Origin: Sphyrna mokarran
Taxonomy: Eukaryota
Assembly (NCBI GenBank): GCA_024679065.1
Contig: JAGIQG010000040.1
Span: 11,904,001-11,968,000 of the forward strand
Reading direction: 5' to 3'
Length of the DNA: 64,000 bases
Under the pieces are notes generated by a model that searched no databases, was not told the DNA's origin, and saw only the letters and a list, made by a program, of their open reading frames with translations. Numbering within the stretch: the first letter of the stretch is position 1; every line of letters begins with the position of its first letter. A program made the translations under genes and the position numbers. Positions 61,151-64,000 of this stretch are shown here, one piece after another.

Positions 61151-63312
61151 TTAGCAAGTGAGCTTGGTGAAGGGGCATAGTAGAACCTTCTTCAGGTCCT
61201 CTCGGAACTTGGTCTGGGTGATTGCGTAGATGAAGACGTTGTTGCAGGAACTGACCAGCTGAAGCAAGTTTCCTGTTTCCTGAAAGATGTACCGTGGGTC
61301 TTTGAAATCCAGGCTGGTGCGGTAACCCTCACCTGTAATCCACACATAGAGGAAGTGTACAACATAGGTGACCCAGAGGAGGAGGAAGCTGAGAGCGATG
61401 GTGAAGAGCAGGATGATGGACCTCTTGCGGTTGGCCATCTCTGGGTCCCTGTGACTCTCCGTGCCCCGGAATCTCCTGCGAGCTCTGCTGGCCGCTAAGA
61501 TGTGTTTTACGGTCAGAGCGTTAAGAAGCAGGATGAGGAGGAACGGGAGAAATGGAGTTAAGATATAGTCCAGCCAGTCATAGGCCTGCCAGGCGGGCAG
61601 TGTGTAATAACTGGGCTTAAAAGCACAGAACCAGGGCACTCCATCTAGGATATACAAGGGCTGGTAAGTGAAATAGACAGGGATAATCCTGACACAGCTC
61701 AGGACGTAGACTATTCCTATAACCAGCAATGCTGTTTTCTCGGTACAGTATCTGGCCTTCAGCCTCTGGCAGCAGATGGCCACAAAACGGTCGATGGTGA
61801 AAGCCACTGTCAACCAGACAGATGAATCCCGGGTGAAATAGACCAGCAGATTGCTGAATGTACATGCGGGGGTGGTTGACAGGACGCTGTTCTGAAAGTA
61901 GATGCGGCCAATCCGGTTGAGGATTACGGCAGTGATGATGACAAGGAAATCAGTCAATGCTATCGCGATAAGATAGTAGGTGATGCACCGTGACAGTCCG
62001 CACCGTTCTCGGGATAAGATTACGATCGTCACCAAATTGGCTGTGAGATAAAAGAGGCAGAGAGAGAGATGTTACTGAGAGGACTGTAAACACCAGCTAC
62101 TCCGCTATCCAACTGAAAACGACCTCATCCTTCACTTTGCCAACTGCAGTCTTTAGTGATGGTAAAGTCTTGGCAATGGCACTACATTCAAAACTGGATT
62201 AAAGTTATTTTAAATTAGGGCTAATCAGTCCAATTTTTATCTCTGCGCTCTGGTCACTCAGTTGATTCCCTCAGATAACTATCAAATGTCAGATTCTCCC
62301 AAAATTTGTTGTCACCATTCTTTTTCGTACTAATCCCATCCATCCATCAGCCCTATCAACCCCCCTTCAGGCAGCGTCTGTTTTTATAATCTCACCCTTC
62401 AAATTTTAAACCTCTCCAACATCTCGCTGTTCCAGATGTTGGTAACATGCTACAACTAACTGAGATCACACCATATCTCCGTTTGTGGACTTCAATGCCC
62501 CTGATTTTCAATTTGCCTTTACCTGCTAAGACTCTAACCTCTGGAACCCCTTCTTTCAAAGACTAAATTTTCCCTTTGCTCTTCAGGACAATCTTCAGAA
62601 AATAAATTTGTTGAAAAATTCTAAGTCATTTTGTCTGTCAGTATAAAGTTAATTTGGAAAGCCTTGTGAAGTATCCCCATTCTATTTATCCAGGTGTCTA
62701 AAGAAACAAACGCCTCATCGCCTTCTCAAATGAAAGCTGGAGATGGACAAGATATATTCGCCTTGCCATATCTACATGCATATAGCTGGTGATTAAAAAT
62801 ATAATTACTGGAAATTTACCAGTCTTACTAACACAAGACAAAATGCATATGCATAACGACCTCACCTTTTTTCAAAAGTTTCAATAATTAATTCTTATTT
62901 TTTAAAAAATCTCAGTAACAATGTGGACAGCACATTGCCACCTCACTACAGATCAACAATTATAAACTGCTGGAGGTCGCAACATCGTTTCATGTAACCA
63001 CTGAATGTAAGCTCTATGTCAATGCATCTAATTGAATTATTAGATAGCAATAACTTATTTTTCAGAGACTGTGCATACTTGTGGATGAAATATATTATAC
63101 ACTTTATTCTGCACAATACTGAAAACACTGGATCGCATTTTACTACATAGGAGTAAAACTGAATGTTCATCAATAAAATGTTAATGTTTATGCAATGCCA
63201 TACACTTCAAGTCATGAGAATGATTTGGGATCTTTTACCTACCAGGAATACCAGTGGCAGCGAGAATGGGATAAGAAATGGCGAAGAAGATACCTTTCGC
63301 TGGTCCATGCAT
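61151..63312 (-). CDS. GPR139/142-like class A GPCR; two coding exons (63312-63243, 62040-61151), 319 aa
   Basis: Exon 1 MHGPAKGIFFAISYPILAATGIP with G|GTAGGT; acceptor TCTCACAG|CC; 7TM, FTIDRF, VPWFC, CNNVFIY. Confidence 0.9.
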
Positions 63313-63494
63313 CCTCTCCCAGAACGTGAAATGAAGTTTAAACCTGAGCATTGCGGTGGTTTCATTGTGTCCCACATTTATTCTGAGTGAGCGTCTCCAG
63401 AGGAATAATTAAGTTAGAACCTACACCTTAGTTACAGGCCGGTGAACAAACAGACTCTGTCATTGTTTTGTACCTCCATTGCACCATTGGCAAA

Positions 63495-64000
63495 CATAGA
63501 AACAAAGAACATTGCAGCACAGTACAAGCCTTTCGGCCTGCAATGTTGTGCCAAACATGTCCAATCCCAAGGTCAAGCTACTTCCTCCCTATAATTCTCG
63601 AGTGCTCCATTTGCCTATCCAATAACTGCTTGAAAGTTCTAAAGTGTCCTACTGCACGATCACAGCAGGCAGTCTATTCCATATCGCAATCATTCTCTGA
63701 GTAAAGAATCTACCTCGGACATCCCTTCTATATCTCCCACCATATTTGAACCTTATATTTATGCACCCGAGTAACACGCTACATTGACGCGAGGAAGTAT
63801 TCTCTGCACGTCCACTCTATCAATCCCTCTCATCATCTTATAAACCTCCAGTAAGTCGCCTCCTCCACTCCAAAGAGAAAAGCCCCAGCTCTCTCAACCT
63901 TTCCTCATAAGACCTACCCTCCAAACCAGGCAGCATCCTCGTAAATCTCCGCTGCACTCTCTCCAATGCTTCCACATCCTTCTTATAATGAGGTGACCAG
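63495..64000 (-). mobile_element. CR1 3' end
   Basis: Reverse complement of the [13 protein letters not shown] region and tail; runs off the window. Confidence 0.85.

Noticed and set aside
1-64000. CRISPR arrays, rRNA or prokaryotic systems
   Set aside because: Vertebrate DNA; no repeat-spacer arrays or rRNA similarity seen

Overview
Eukaryotic genomic DNA from a cartilaginous fish (probably a shark), judged by CR1 LINEs, V-SINEs, Penelope-like elements and two-exon GPR139/142-like GPCR paralogues. It is a draft assembly with N-gaps at 18337-18436 and 52738-52969. The first ~33 kb is a tRNA gene/pseudogene cluster (Ile, Phe x2, Asn, Gln x3, Thr, Val, Pro, Arg x2, Lys, plus a Glu relic); the tRNA-Pro(AGG) carries an 18-nt intron at the canonical 37/38 site. 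Interleaved are three intact GPR139-like genes and one orphan first exon, partly generated by a ~6 kb tRNA+GPCR segmental duplication. The most striking element is a stand-alone T-cell receptor alpha/delta-type unit on the minus strand (50.6-57.8 kb). It has a single 12-RSS J segment, an Ig C1 exon, a Cys hinge, an R/K-bearing transmembrane exon and a UTR exon. A RUNX/Myb/TCF motif cluster follows it and convergent CTCF-like motifs bracket it. No V, D or further J segments are visible, and GPCR genes lie on both sides. Repeat boundaries are approximate (read by eye); gene, tRNA and splice coordinates were counted from the sequence.
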